Below, piece by piece: positions 46,165 through 54,467 of a stretch of DNA of 64,000 nt. Numbering within the stretch: position 1 is the first letter of the stretch; the number at the start of each line of letters is the position of its first letter. Source of the DNA: an uncultured Ignavibacteria bacterium (lineage in GTDB: Bacteria > Zixibacteria > MSB-5A5 > CAIYYT01); NCBI GenBank assembly GCA_964537215.1, contig CAZIBI010000018.1, forward strand, positions 16,122-80,121, read 5' to 3'. Both the position numbers and the translations under genes were made by a program. The notes below the pieces were generated by a model. The model saw nothing but the letters and a program-made list of their open reading frames with translations. It ran no database searches and had not been told where the DNA came from.

Positions 46165-46752
46165 ATGTCGGAACCATTGCACCAAGTTACAGTACTTTTG
46201 GATCGTGTTGCCGGCGGCGATAAGGACGCTGTTGACAGTCTTCTGCCATTAGTTTATCAGGAACTGCGGCGCCTTGCGCAACACCAACTAAAGCAAGAAC
46301 GGAGCGGTCACACAATTAATGCCACTGCGCTAGTGCATGAAGCATATTTGAAGCTGATCGACCAGAAAGATGTCGCTTGGCAAAATCGCGCCCACTTTAT
46401 GGCAATCGCCGCCCAGGCCATGCGCCGAATTCTGATTGATTATGCTCGTCGCCGGTTGGCTGAAAAACGCGGCGGGAGTATCGCTGTTATCACTTACGAC
46501 GAAGAATTGCACGCACGTGAAGCGCGTGCCGAAGAACTAATTGCTATCGACGAAGCGCTTGAGCAACTGCGCAGGCAGAACGAACGGCAGGCTCAAATTG
46601 TTGAATTTCAATTCTTCGGAGGGCTGACTCAGGACGAGATAGCCGAAGTGCTGAAGATTTCTGTTCCGACCGTCCGCCGCGATTGGCGTACGGCCAGGGC
46701 CTGGTTGACTGTTGCACTTGGCGGTTTAGACTCTAATAGTCAATCATCGTAG
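46165..46752 (+). CDS. ECF-type RNA polymerase sigma factor of the Ser/Thr-kinase-associated class
   Basis: 195 aa. Region 2 'ALVHEAYLKLIDQKD'. Region 4 'GGLTQDEIAEVLKISVPTVRRDWRTARAWL'. The N-terminal 'LLDRVAGGDKDAVDSLLPLVYQELRRLAQ' is typical of ECFs paired with STKs. An STK gene follows immediately. Confidence 0.85.
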   Translation: MSEPLHQVTVLLDRVAGGDKDAVDSLLPLVYQELRRLAQHQLKQERSGHTINATALVHEAYLKLIDQKDVAWQNRAHFMAIAAQAMRRILIDYARRRLAEKRGGSIAVITYDEELHAREARAEELIAIDEALEQLRRQNERQAQIVEFQFFGGLTQDEIAEVLKISVPTVRRDWRTARAWLTVALGGLDSNSQSS

Positions 46753-46794
46753 TTTGCCCAAATCTCGTAATCAAAGAAGTTAAGGCTCACGCCT

Positions 46795-49368
46795 ATGGAC
46801 ACTCAGCGCCGTCGACAGATTGAGAATGTTTTTCAAGCTGCGTTGGACTTTCCAGTTGCTGATCGAGAGAATTATCTGCAAAGCGCGTGCGGTGCTGACA
46901 CCGATTTGCTAAAGCAGGTGCGGGCGCTCTTGGCGGCAGATGAAAATCCGCACAGCATTCTCATGGGGCAAGCCGCGGATGCCCTTTCAATATCTAATAC
47001 TGAATCCTTTGAGGGGATGCGAATTGGGGTCTACCGTGTTGCGCGATTGATTGGCGAAGGTGGCATGGGTGTAGTCCTTCTCGCCGAACGTGCAGACGGC
47101 GAGTTTCGACAACAGGTTGCGATAAAGCTGATAAAGCTGGGAATGAATTCGGAAGAAATCATCCAGCGCTTTCAGCGCGAGCGTCAAATTTTGGCCCACT
47201 TGCAACATCCCAACATTGCCAGGCTGCTCGGTGGCGGTGTTGTTGAGGATGGTCGGCCCTACTTTGTTATGGAGTACATCAACGGCAAGCCGATTGATTT
47301 GTACTGCGACGAGCAAAATCTCTCCATCGAACGCCGTCTGCGCCTGTTCCTAAGGGTTTGCGAAACAGTCGCTTTTGCGCAGCGAAATCTGATCGTTCAC
47401 CGTGATCTCAAGCCCAGCAATATTCTGGTGACGGAGGGAGGCGAAGTTAAGCTTCTCGACTTCGGCATTGCTAAAGTGATGAGCGCCGATTCCGGGATCC
47501 ACGAGAATCGCACACTTACACGCGTCGGTATGCGTATTATGACTCCCGAATATGCCTCACCAGAACAGCTTCGCGGCGAACCAGTAACGACTGCGTCGGA
47601 CGTTTATTCGCTCGGCGTAATTCTCTATGAATTGCTGACTGGAGTTTCGCCATTTCGCGGTACCCAACTCCAATCAATGCCGTTCGAAGAGTTGGTCGAG
47701 TCGACCGATCCGGAACAGCCGAGTCATCGCGTACTGCACGATGAGCAAAACCGCGGTTTAGAAACCGATCCGCAGCGGACATGGACGGCGAAAACAAGCA
47801 GCAATAAATCCGATTCGCGGCAGTTGTCGCGGCAATTGAGCGGCGACCTGGATAATATCTGTCTCAAGGCGCTACGACGGGAAATCGAGCGGCGCTATCA
47901 CTCGGCGGAGCACCTTCAAGACGATATCAATCGCTATCTCACGGGCATGCCAATCGTAGCTCGACCGGATACTCTCTCATATCGGGCTTCGAAGTTCTTC
48001 AAGCGGCATCGCCGAACATTGACCGGAGTACTAATGGTCTTTGTCGCGGTTGTGGTTATGATTGGATACTATTCGGTTAAGTTATCGCACGAACGGGACC
48101 GGGCTCGAACAGAAGCCAGCAAGGCGCAGGACGTTTCGCAGTTCTTGTCATCGATCTTTAGTATTTCCGATCCAAACAGTTCCAAAGGAAGATCAATATC
48201 CGCGCGTGAACTGCTGGACTCGGGCGCCGTGCGATTGGAGTCGGAGTTGTCGGATGAACCGGAGATGCGGGCGAACATGCTCCAATTGCTTGGTTCGATT
48301 TATTCCAATCTTGCTCAGTACGACGAAGCTAAGCGTCTGACCCAGAAAGCCCGCGAAATTCGCCGGTCGCTGCATGGGGAAATTGACGGGGATGTTGCGG
48401 CTTCACTCTTCCAGCTTGGTATGATCGAATATGCGAACGGCGAATACGATTCAGCCGAGGCTCACTATCGAGAAGCTTTGGTAGTATCGGAGTCGCTGTA
48501 TGGCGATTTAGATTCCAGCGTCGCCGAAATCAAGAATGACCTTGGTCAGGTCCTTCGCCACCAGGGTAAACTCGGCGAGGCCGAACCGTTTGTCCGCGAT
48601 GCTCTGGCGACTCGCCGCGCCCTTTTCGGCGATGTCCACGCCGATATCGCCCACAGCCTGACACATTTAGGAAGGCTGCTTTGGGAAGAGCACAAATTTT
48701 CGGAGGCCGAGCCACTGCTGCGAGAGGCTGTTGTTATGAGTACCCGGGTACGGGGAAAGTATCACCTTGAAACGATTGCCAGCATGGGAGCACTTGCCGG
48801 TCTATTGTTAAGCATGGACAAACTTGACGAGGCGGAGTTAATGTATACGGATGCGTTAGAGGCGGCCGACCGGTTGGTAGGTAAGAATCACGTATACGGA
48901 GCCGGACTCTCCACGAGCCTCGCTGAGATTGCTTATCGCAAGGGCAACATTGCGCGTTCCGACTCGCTGTATCAACGAGTCTGGAACGTATTCTCGTCGA
49001 ATTTTCCCGAAAATCATCCAAATCTAGCGGCCCCCTTAATCGGTCTCGGCAGAAATTTGCGGGAGGAGAATCGCACCGATTCGGCGCGTGTTTGTTTCGA
49101 AAAAGCTCTGCACGTGCGTCGAACTTCGCTGGGTGAGGATCACTGGCAAACCGGGGTTGCCATGACTAGTCTTGGCGACTGCCTTCGGATACAGGGGCAC
49201 ATGGAAGAGGCCGAGCCGCTATTGAAAAAAGGTTATGCTCTTGTGCTGAATCAATTTGGCGAAACCGACGCCCGGACGAAGAATGCAGCTCGGGCGTTGG
49301 CCGATTTGTACAAGAGCTGGAATAGAAAAGAGGAAGCGGCTAGATTTGAAAAACTGTCCACGAATTGA
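46795..49368 (+). CDS. Ser/Thr protein kinase with transmembrane segment and C-terminal TPR domain
   Basis: 857 aa. Kinase subdomains 'IGEGGMGVVLLA...AIKLIK', 'HRDLKPSNILV', 'DFGIAK', 'PEYASPEQ'. TM helix 'LTGVLMVFVAVVVMIGYY'. About 450 aa of TPR repeats. Confidence 0.9.
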   Translation: MDTQRRRQIENVFQAALDFPVADRENYLQSACGADTDLLKQVRALLAADENPHSILMGQAADALSISNTESFEGMRIGVYRVARLIGEGGMGVVLLAERADGEFRQQVAIKLIKLGMNSEEIIQRFQRERQILAHLQHPNIARLLGGGVVEDGRPYFVMEYINGKPIDLYCDEQNLSIERRLRLFLRVCETVAFAQRNLIVHRDLKPSNILVTEGGEVKLLDFGIAKVMSADSGIHENRTLTRVGMRIMTPEYASPEQLRGEPVTTASDVYSLGVILYELLTGVSPFRGTQLQSMPFEELVESTDPEQPSHRVLHDEQNRGLETDPQRTWTAKTSSNKSDSRQLSRQLSGDLDNICLKALRREIERRYHSAEHLQDDINRYLTGMPIVARPDTLSYRASKFFKRHRRTLTGVLMVFVAVVVMIGYYSVKLSHERDRARTEASKAQDVSQFLSSIFSISDPNSSKGRSISARELLDSGAVRLESELSDEPEMRANMLQLLGSIYSNLAQYDEAKRLTQKAREIRRSLHGEIDGDVAASLFQLGMIEYANGEYDSAEAHYREALVVSESLYGDLDSSVAEIKNDLGQVLRHQGKLGEAEPFVRDALATRRALFGDVHADIAHSLTHLGRLLWEEHKFSEAEPLLREAVVMSTRVRGKYHLETIASMGALAGLLLSMDKLDEAELMYTDALEAADRLVGKNHVYGAGLSTSLAEIAYRKGNIARSDSLYQRVWNVFSSNFPENHPNLAAPLIGLGRNLREENRTDSARVCFEKALHVRRTSLGEDHWQTGVAMTSLGDCLRIQGHMEEAEPLLKKGYALVLNQFGETDARTKNAARALADLYKSWNRKEEAARFEKLSTN

Positions 49369-49463
49369 ACTTTAACAAAGGGAAGCGTCCCCATTGAGCA
49401 AGCAGGCAACAGTTTGTTAACTGTGGCCCGCCTGCATCTTCTACCGTTGTCGTTTTTCGGCGG

Positions 49464-50018
49464 TTAGTACTTCCACTCGCCGCGAACTGTAATCTTTGCC
49501 CCGTTTGCGCCGGTAAGTGATTTGCTGAAAGTTGTCGCTTCATCATTGGCATAAAGGTCCTTGGGATCGAAGGTGATGGTCGACATGATTTCGTTCGAAA
49601 ATACATCGCGGTCATACAGCTTAATCGTCAACTTGTCCACGTACAAGTAGCTCAGCGGCAGATTTTTGCCCAACGGGACTCCGGTCTTGGTGAATGTATA
49701 GTTTGAGCTCGGCGAAGCATCTTGCCGGACATCCGACACAAAGTCTTCACCGCCGCCGGTTCGTGCAAGGGTGACGTAAATATCGGCTTTCTTCCAGGCA
49801 TTAATCAGTTCCGAAGCATCCCAATCCTTATTCTTAAAACCGTTCACCTGAATACTGGAAACGACGATGTGCGCGGGCTTCTTGACGACGGGCGTGGGGT
49901 TTTGGTCCGGACCGGCTGGGTTGCTGTCGGAGCTGCATCCGACAAAGGCAAAGAGGCAGATGGCGAGCGTACAGAGCGAGTACGCTAATTGGCCGGTTAA
50001 CTTTTTGTGTCTGAACAT
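49464..50018 (-). CDS. Lipoprotein, function unknown
   Basis: SD AAGGAG 6 nt upstream. Lipobox 'FVGCSS'. 184 aa. Confidence 0.5.
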   Translation of the reverse strand: MFRHKKLTGQLAYSLCTLAICLFAFVGCSSDSNPAGPDQNPTPVVKKPAHIVVSSIQVNGFKNKDWDASELINAWKKADIYVTLARTGGGEDFVSDVRQDASPSSNYTFTKTGVPLGKNLPLSYLYVDKLTIKLYDRDVFSNEIMSTITFDPKDLYANDEATTFSKSLTGANGAKITVRGEWKY

Positions 50019-50466
50019 GACTTTCTCCTTCGAGTGAGGTATTGATTGTGAATTGTTGTCTCACCCCACTACGCGCAGGAATCGCCCGAAAGGGATCATG
50101 CAGGATTGGAAAATTTTCGACAATTTTGATTCGGGCCGGTAATCGCTTGCAGGTCAAGTGATTTACTGGCAATCGATTGATTGTGTCACTCGGTAGAATC
50201 TGTTGGTTGACGCTGAGTGCCGCTGCACCACAGAGACCGGCCGAGTGGCCACTGTACGCTCCTTCAGCAAAGTGATTCTGATCCGCACCCGGCGACGGTG
50301 GTGCGACAACATTATGCGATGTGAGAGTGTGGGTTACTGGTGCGCATGAATGGAGAAATCAGAACTATTGCATGCCAATAAGAGAATGGCACGTCTCTTA
50401 GTCGATGCTTCTAAGGATCAAAGCTTTGACAAAGAGACGTGCCCTGCGGGATTTTATATGAGTTTC

Positions 50467-51135
50467 TTAATCCGCCAGTGGATTGGTGTGGTAGTTCGGT
50501 TTGTCTTTGCGGATGTCGGTCGAGTAGCCGGGGAAGGTGTCGGACTCGGGATTGACATACTTCTTAGCGTTGTTGACCGCCATGGCAGCTTCGGCAGTCG
50601 CCATCGAGATGAAGTTCAATTCCTTGGCTTTGCTGATGACGTCGCCGCAAGCATAGAGACCGGGAAGGCCGGCATTCATGGTGGCATCGACGGCGATGCC
50701 CTGATCGTTAATTTTGACGCCGTTCTTCTTCAACGATTCGACCAGCAGTTTGGACTTAGTGTTGACTTTTTCCATAGTGCCGAGCGCAAGGACGACAGCT
50801 TTGGATTTGTGCGAACCCTTGTTGGTGGTCACGGTCCAAAGTTTGGCTGCCTTGTCGAATTCGAGCGCGTTGACAGATTCATTTTTGCAGATCGAATGTT
50901 CGTACATGGTCGCTTGCTCGATGAAATTCTCGGCGAGTTTCTTGGCAGTGATGAGGACGAATCCAGCGACGTCGCGGAGGACTTCGTTGGGATACTCATG
51001 GACCAACGCGCCGCCGAGTTCACCGGTAGCTTCGATGATTTTGGTTTTGGCATCGCGTAGACCGGCATAGAACGAGGCAAACAGCCCGGCGGGGCCGCCG
51101 CCGATAATTGTGATGTCGTATACTTCTGTTGGCAT
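50467..51135 (-). CDS. Short FAD-dependent pyridine-nucleotide-disulfide-oxidoreductase-like protein (thioredoxin-reductase-like FAD domain, apparently lacking the NAD(P)H-binding domain)
   Basis: SD GGAGGA 7 nt before the ATG at 51135; the longer track ORF to 51339 has no SD and its extension is non-homologous. 'ITIIGGGPAGLFAS' (dinucleotide-binding motif) sits only ~160 aa from 'GLPGLYACGDV'. 222 aa in total. Confidence 0.6.
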   Translation of the reverse strand: MPTEVYDITIIGGGPAGLFASFYAGLRDAKTKIIEATGELGGALVHEYPNEVLRDVAGFVLITAKKLAENFIEQATMYEHSICKNESVNALEFDKAAKLWTVTTNKGSHKSKAVVLALGTMEKVNTKSKLLVESLKKNGVKINDQGIAVDATMNAGLPGLYACGDVISKAKELNFISMATAEAAMAVNNAKKYVNPESDTFPGYSTDIRKDKPNYHTNPLAD

Positions 51136-51175
51136 AGTGTATTCCTCCAAATAATCTCTATCGAATTCAAGAGTT

Positions 51176-51213
51176 CCCACCCTGCGCTTCGCATCGGGTG
51201 GGCTACCGATCCA
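51176..51213. repeat. Hairpin element CCCACCC-tgcgcttcgcatcg-GGTGGGCTACCG related to motifs at 28198-28335
   Basis: Shares CCCACCCTRCGCTYCG and CGGGTGGGCTACCG cores with the 28.2-28.3 kb intergenic region. Lies in the rubrerythrin / FAD-oxidoreductase intergenic space. Confidence 0.4.
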
Positions 51214-51217
51214 ACAC

Positions 51218-51245
51218 AACCCCCTAACCCCCTTTGCTAAGGGGG
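51218..51245. repeat. 28 nt element AACCCCCTAACCCCCTTTGCTAAGGGGG (copy 2 of 2)
   Basis: Exact 28/28 match to 24457-24484. Confidence 0.5.
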
Positions 51246-51299
51246 AATTGCACCAGCAGCTCGGATCACTTCGATGATCTACTGGCGCCGGGCAACGGG

Positions 51300-51797
51300 C
51301 TAATCTTCCATCATCGACGAGCCCTCGTAGTCGAACCAACTGATATTGCCGCGGAGAGATTCACGCTCGGCGGCAAGCATATCATAGTGGCCGTCTTCTT
51401 CGGCCGTCAACTCGGCAAAGACTTGGCGAATCTGGGCGTCACCGGCTTTGGCTTCGCCGTCTTTGTAATGTTTGGCGGTGAGGCGTTCGGCCTCCATCGC
51501 CAATTCAATCAAGCGAAATTTATCGGCTTCCGCAAGTGGTCCGTCGCCAAAAGCATTCTTAAAAATGGCGAGGCCCTCGGCGGGGAGATCGGTTACGTCC
51601 TTGCCGACGAATTTCTTGTACAGGGTGCGCAACGTGCGCTCGTGATTGACCTCGTCCATTGCCAGCATTTCGATTTTCTTGCGCGCATCGGGATTCTTGA
51701 CCTGTTGTGCAAGCGTGGAATAGAAATGTTGGCCCTCGATTTCGGTTTTGATGCCGATTTTGATGATGGCTTCGAGTTGCTTATTGACGTCCGTCAT
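51300..51797 (-). CDS. Rubrerythrin-family / ferritin-like diiron protein (no rubredoxin domain)
   Basis: SD AAGGAG 7 nt upstream. Diiron ligand helices 'EIEGQHFY', 'AMDEVNHERTL', 'AMEAERLTAKHY', 'TAEEDGHYDML'. Confidence 0.75.
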   Translation of the reverse strand: MTDVNKQLEAIIKIGIKTEIEGQHFYSTLAQQVKNPDARKKIEMLAMDEVNHERTLRTLYKKFVGKDVTDLPAEGLAIFKNAFGDGPLAEADKFRLIELAMEAERLTAKHYKDGEAKAGDAQIRQVFAELTAEEDGHYDMLAAERESLRGNISWFDYEGSSMMED

Positions 51798-51825
51798 ATT
51801 GGATCTCCTTTATAGATAACAAATT

Positions 51826-52206
51826 TCAATCAGCATTGAGTTTCTGCAGCAGTTCGCTCCAGGCGCGACGCACGATATCAAGGCAGTGCGGTTTTTCGTT
51901 GTGCGAGCCGGCTTGCACGGAAGCGATAGCGGCTTCGGCAAGACCACCCGCATCGACAATTTGGTTGCCGGAGACAGCCTCGGTCAGTTTGGAGGCTGCA
52001 GCGATTGCGACGGCGCAGCCTTGCGAGCGGAACTTGATCGACTCGATACGTGTTCCGGCAACGCTAGCAGACAATTCCAACCGATCGCCGCAGATCTCGT
52101 TCTCAATTTCTACGACCGCGGCGGGATTTTCGACTCGACCAACATTGCGCGGGTGGAGGAAATGATCGACCACTTCGGGCGAGAATGACGAATCGGACTG
52201 CGACAC
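51826..52206 (-). CDS. Fe-S cluster assembly scaffold, NifU/IscU N-terminal-domain family
   Basis: GTG at 52206 lies 8 nt after SD GTGAGGTG; the track start at 52212 is a TTG only 2 nt from the SD. 'HFLHPRNVG' (IscU 'HFENPRNVG'-like). Three conserved Cys contexts 'ICGD', 'SQGCAVAIAAAS', 'KPHC'. Confidence 0.8.
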   Translation of the reverse strand: MSQSDSSFSPEVVDHFLHPRNVGRVENPAAVVEIENEICGDRLELSASVAGTRIESIKFRSQGCAVAIAAASKLTEAVSGNQIVDAGGLAEAAIASVQAGSHNEKPHCLDIVRRAWSELLQKLNAD

Positions 52207-52554
52207 GAGCAAGACACCTCACGTTAAAGGCGACATTGTCGCCAGAGATTACGGATTAATTTAAGCAATTTGGGGCGGAAGTGGGGGAATATTCGCGGTG
52301 AGAAGTATCGACAATCGGGACAAAATGGAGGAGAAATGAAGGTTGACGGGGGAGAAACACACCCCGTCTCCGAGCCTTATTCTTCGGCTCGGAACCACCC
52401 CTCTTGAGAAGGGAACTAACGAGACTCACTGGAAGAAACCGGGTAGCTCAATCTCGCCTCTCTCCGAAAGAGAAAAAGGGCAATCCTTTTCGGGCAAATG
52501 AGTCGCCAGTTTCGACTTGTGGCGGCACTTAGGATTGGGTATTAGTTTGGGGTA

Positions 52555-53226
52555 ATGCAGAAGCTACTCAAAGATGCGGTCATTTTCCGGGAGCTTGATT
52601 CGGAAGAATTCAAAGCGATGGAAGAGATCACCCAATTACGACATGTCGACGGCGACGCGATGCTGTTTTTCGAAGGGGATCCAGCGAACGGTTTCTTCGT
52701 GCTGCTGTCGGGACGCGTGCGGATCTACAAGTCTACTGCGGATGGCAAAGAGTTTACCCTTCATCAGATAACGCCCGGCCAGGTGTTTGCAGAAGCGGCG
52801 ATCTTTCGGGGAAACACCTATCCGGCCAATTGTATGGCGATGGAAGACTCCGAAGTCGCGTTCATCCCGAAAGACCAGTTCATCCGGCTGATTACCAAGT
52901 ATCCCAATATCTCGCTGAAAATCATCGGCAGCTTATCGCGATGGCTGCGGGAATTTGCCGCCAAACTGGAAGATCTGTCGTTGAAAGAAGTTCCGGCGCG
53001 GCTTGCGACTTATTTGTTGCGGCAGCGGCAAAGATTGAAGTCGGATAGTTTTGAGCTGGACATCACTAAGGCCGAACTAGCCAGCGAATTAGCCACGATC
53101 AGCGAGACCCTTTCGCGTAGTCTGAAGAAATTGAAGGACTTAGAGGTAATTGCCGTGGATGGCAAGCGCATTACCATTCTCGATTCCGACCACCTTGATT
53201 CTATTGCTGCTGGGGAAAAAATCTAA
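52555..53226 (+). CDS. Crp/Fnr-family transcriptional regulator (cNMP-binding domain plus C-terminal HTH)
   Basis: 223 aa. 'AMLFFEGDPANGFFVLLSGRVRIYK' is a cNMP-binding beta-roll. C-terminal 'TKAELASELATISETLSRSLKKL' is an HTH. No N-terminal Cys cluster, so probably not a classical FNR. Confidence 0.85.
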   Translation: MQKLLKDAVIFRELDSEEFKAMEEITQLRHVDGDAMLFFEGDPANGFFVLLSGRVRIYKSTADGKEFTLHQITPGQVFAEAAIFRGNTYPANCMAMEDSEVAFIPKDQFIRLITKYPNISLKIIGSLSRWLREFAAKLEDLSLKEVPARLATYLLRQRQRLKSDSFELDITKAELASELATISETLSRSLKKLKDLEVIAVDGKRITILDSDHLDSIAAGEKI

Positions 53227-53312
53227 TCGAATTGACTTAAATCAAGGACTCATTGGGCCCACTTTCCGATCCTGACTTTGAAGGAGTTAAGATCCTTCGA
53301 AGGATTGTGAAG

Positions 53313-54446
53313 ATGGTTATGAATAGAGCACGTGATAGCAACAGCGGCGGCGAAAGCACGCCAACCGTTAACTCCAAGCCCAAAGTCACAAAGAACCGTC
53401 AGGCCTCAATCCAGAAATGGCGGCTAGCCGTTCAGGTCGGATTCGCTTTGCTCTGCGTTTGGATCGGGATCGAGATGCACGTTTTCGTGAAGTATCTCGA
53501 ATCGGGCGGATCGACGGCTTTCATTCAACGCCCCCCCGGCGTCGAAGGGTTCCTGCCGATTAGTTCGCTGATGAGCCTGTACTATTTCTTCCTGTCGGGA
53601 GAAATTCATCCGGCGCATCCGGCAGGGATGGTGATTCTCGTCGCGATCATAATGCTGTCGCTGGTCTTTGGGAAGGCGTTCTGCGCGTGGCTCTGCCCGG
53701 TAGGATTAATCTCCGAGGCGCTGGGCGATCTGGGGCAGAAGATATTTCGCCGGCGGATTACGATGCCGCGCTGGCTGGATTATCCGCTGCGGAGTTTGAA
53801 GTATCTGCTGCTGGCATTTTTCGTCTACTCGATTTTCTTCGTGATGGGCAAGTTCGCGCTGCGGGCCTTTCTCGACGGCGACTACAATCTCGTTTCCGAT
53901 ATCAAGATGTACTATTTCTTCGCGCAGATTTCGAAGTTGTCGATGATCGTGATCGGCGCACTAGTGCTGCTTTCGATTCCATTGCGGGGATTCTGGTGCC
54001 GGAATTTGTGTCCGTACGGTGCGCTGCTGGGGCTGCTATCGTTGGCGTCGCCGCACAAGATCAAGCGCAATCCAGTGTCGTGCATTGATTGCGGTAAGTG
54101 TGCGCTGAAGTGCCCGTCGTTTATCAAAGTCGACAAAGTCAAGACGGTCATTTCCGACGAGTGCACTTCGTGCATGGCTTGCGTCGATGTCTGTCCGGTC
54201 GCGGATACACTTGAGGTGAAGTCGCTGGTCACGCGCAAACCGGTGCACAAGCGCTGGGTGGCGATCGCGACGGTGGGGATATTCGTTGCGATTACCGGAC
54301 TCGGAATGCTCACCGGTTACTGGAACAACAAAGTCACGACTGAAGAGTACCTTCAGCATCAGCAGTACATCGAGGGATATGGACACCCGACCGATCCGGA
54401 TGGACTGTCAAGAATGAATCAAAATACACCGGCGCAAAAGCGCTAA
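53313..54446 (+). CDS. Membrane-bound polyferredoxin-like 4Fe-4S protein, NapH/MauN/CcoG family
   Basis: SD GAAGGA 8 nt before the ATG at 53313. TM helices. 'CAWLCPVG' and 'WCRNLCPYG' are NapH-type CxxCP motifs in membrane loops. Two ferredoxin motifs 'CIDCGKCALKCP' and 'CTSCMACVDVCP'. Confidence 0.75.
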   Translation: MVMNRARDSNSGGESTPTVNSKPKVTKNRQASIQKWRLAVQVGFALLCVWIGIEMHVFVKYLESGGSTAFIQRPPGVEGFLPISSLMSLYYFFLSGEIHPAHPAGMVILVAIIMLSLVFGKAFCAWLCPVGLISEALGDLGQKIFRRRITMPRWLDYPLRSLKYLLLAFFVYSIFFVMGKFALRAFLDGDYNLVSDIKMYYFFAQISKLSMIVIGALVLLSIPLRGFWCRNLCPYGALLGLLSLASPHKIKRNPVSCIDCGKCALKCPSFIKVDKVKTVISDECTSCMACVDVCPVADTLEVKSLVTRKPVHKRWVAIATVGIFVAITGLGMLTGYWNNKVTTEEYLQHQQYIEGYGHPTDPDGLSRMNQNTPAQKR

Positions 54447-54467
54447 TCAATAGAAGAGGTTTATCGC

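Noticed and set aside
50019-50466. Shared string AGTGAGGTATTGA at 50031 and, reverse-complemented, at the ferritin-like gene SD region (~30641)
   Set aside because: 13 nt match in opposite functional contexts (one is an SD region, the other is not on the coding strand). Most likely coincidence.
50467-51339. Long form (290 aa) of the FAD oxidoreductase with an N-terminal 68 aa extension
   Set aside because: The extension runs through the repeat elements at 51176-51245, has no SD, and is Cys/Arg-rich junk. GGAGGA-N7-ATG supports the internal start at 51135.
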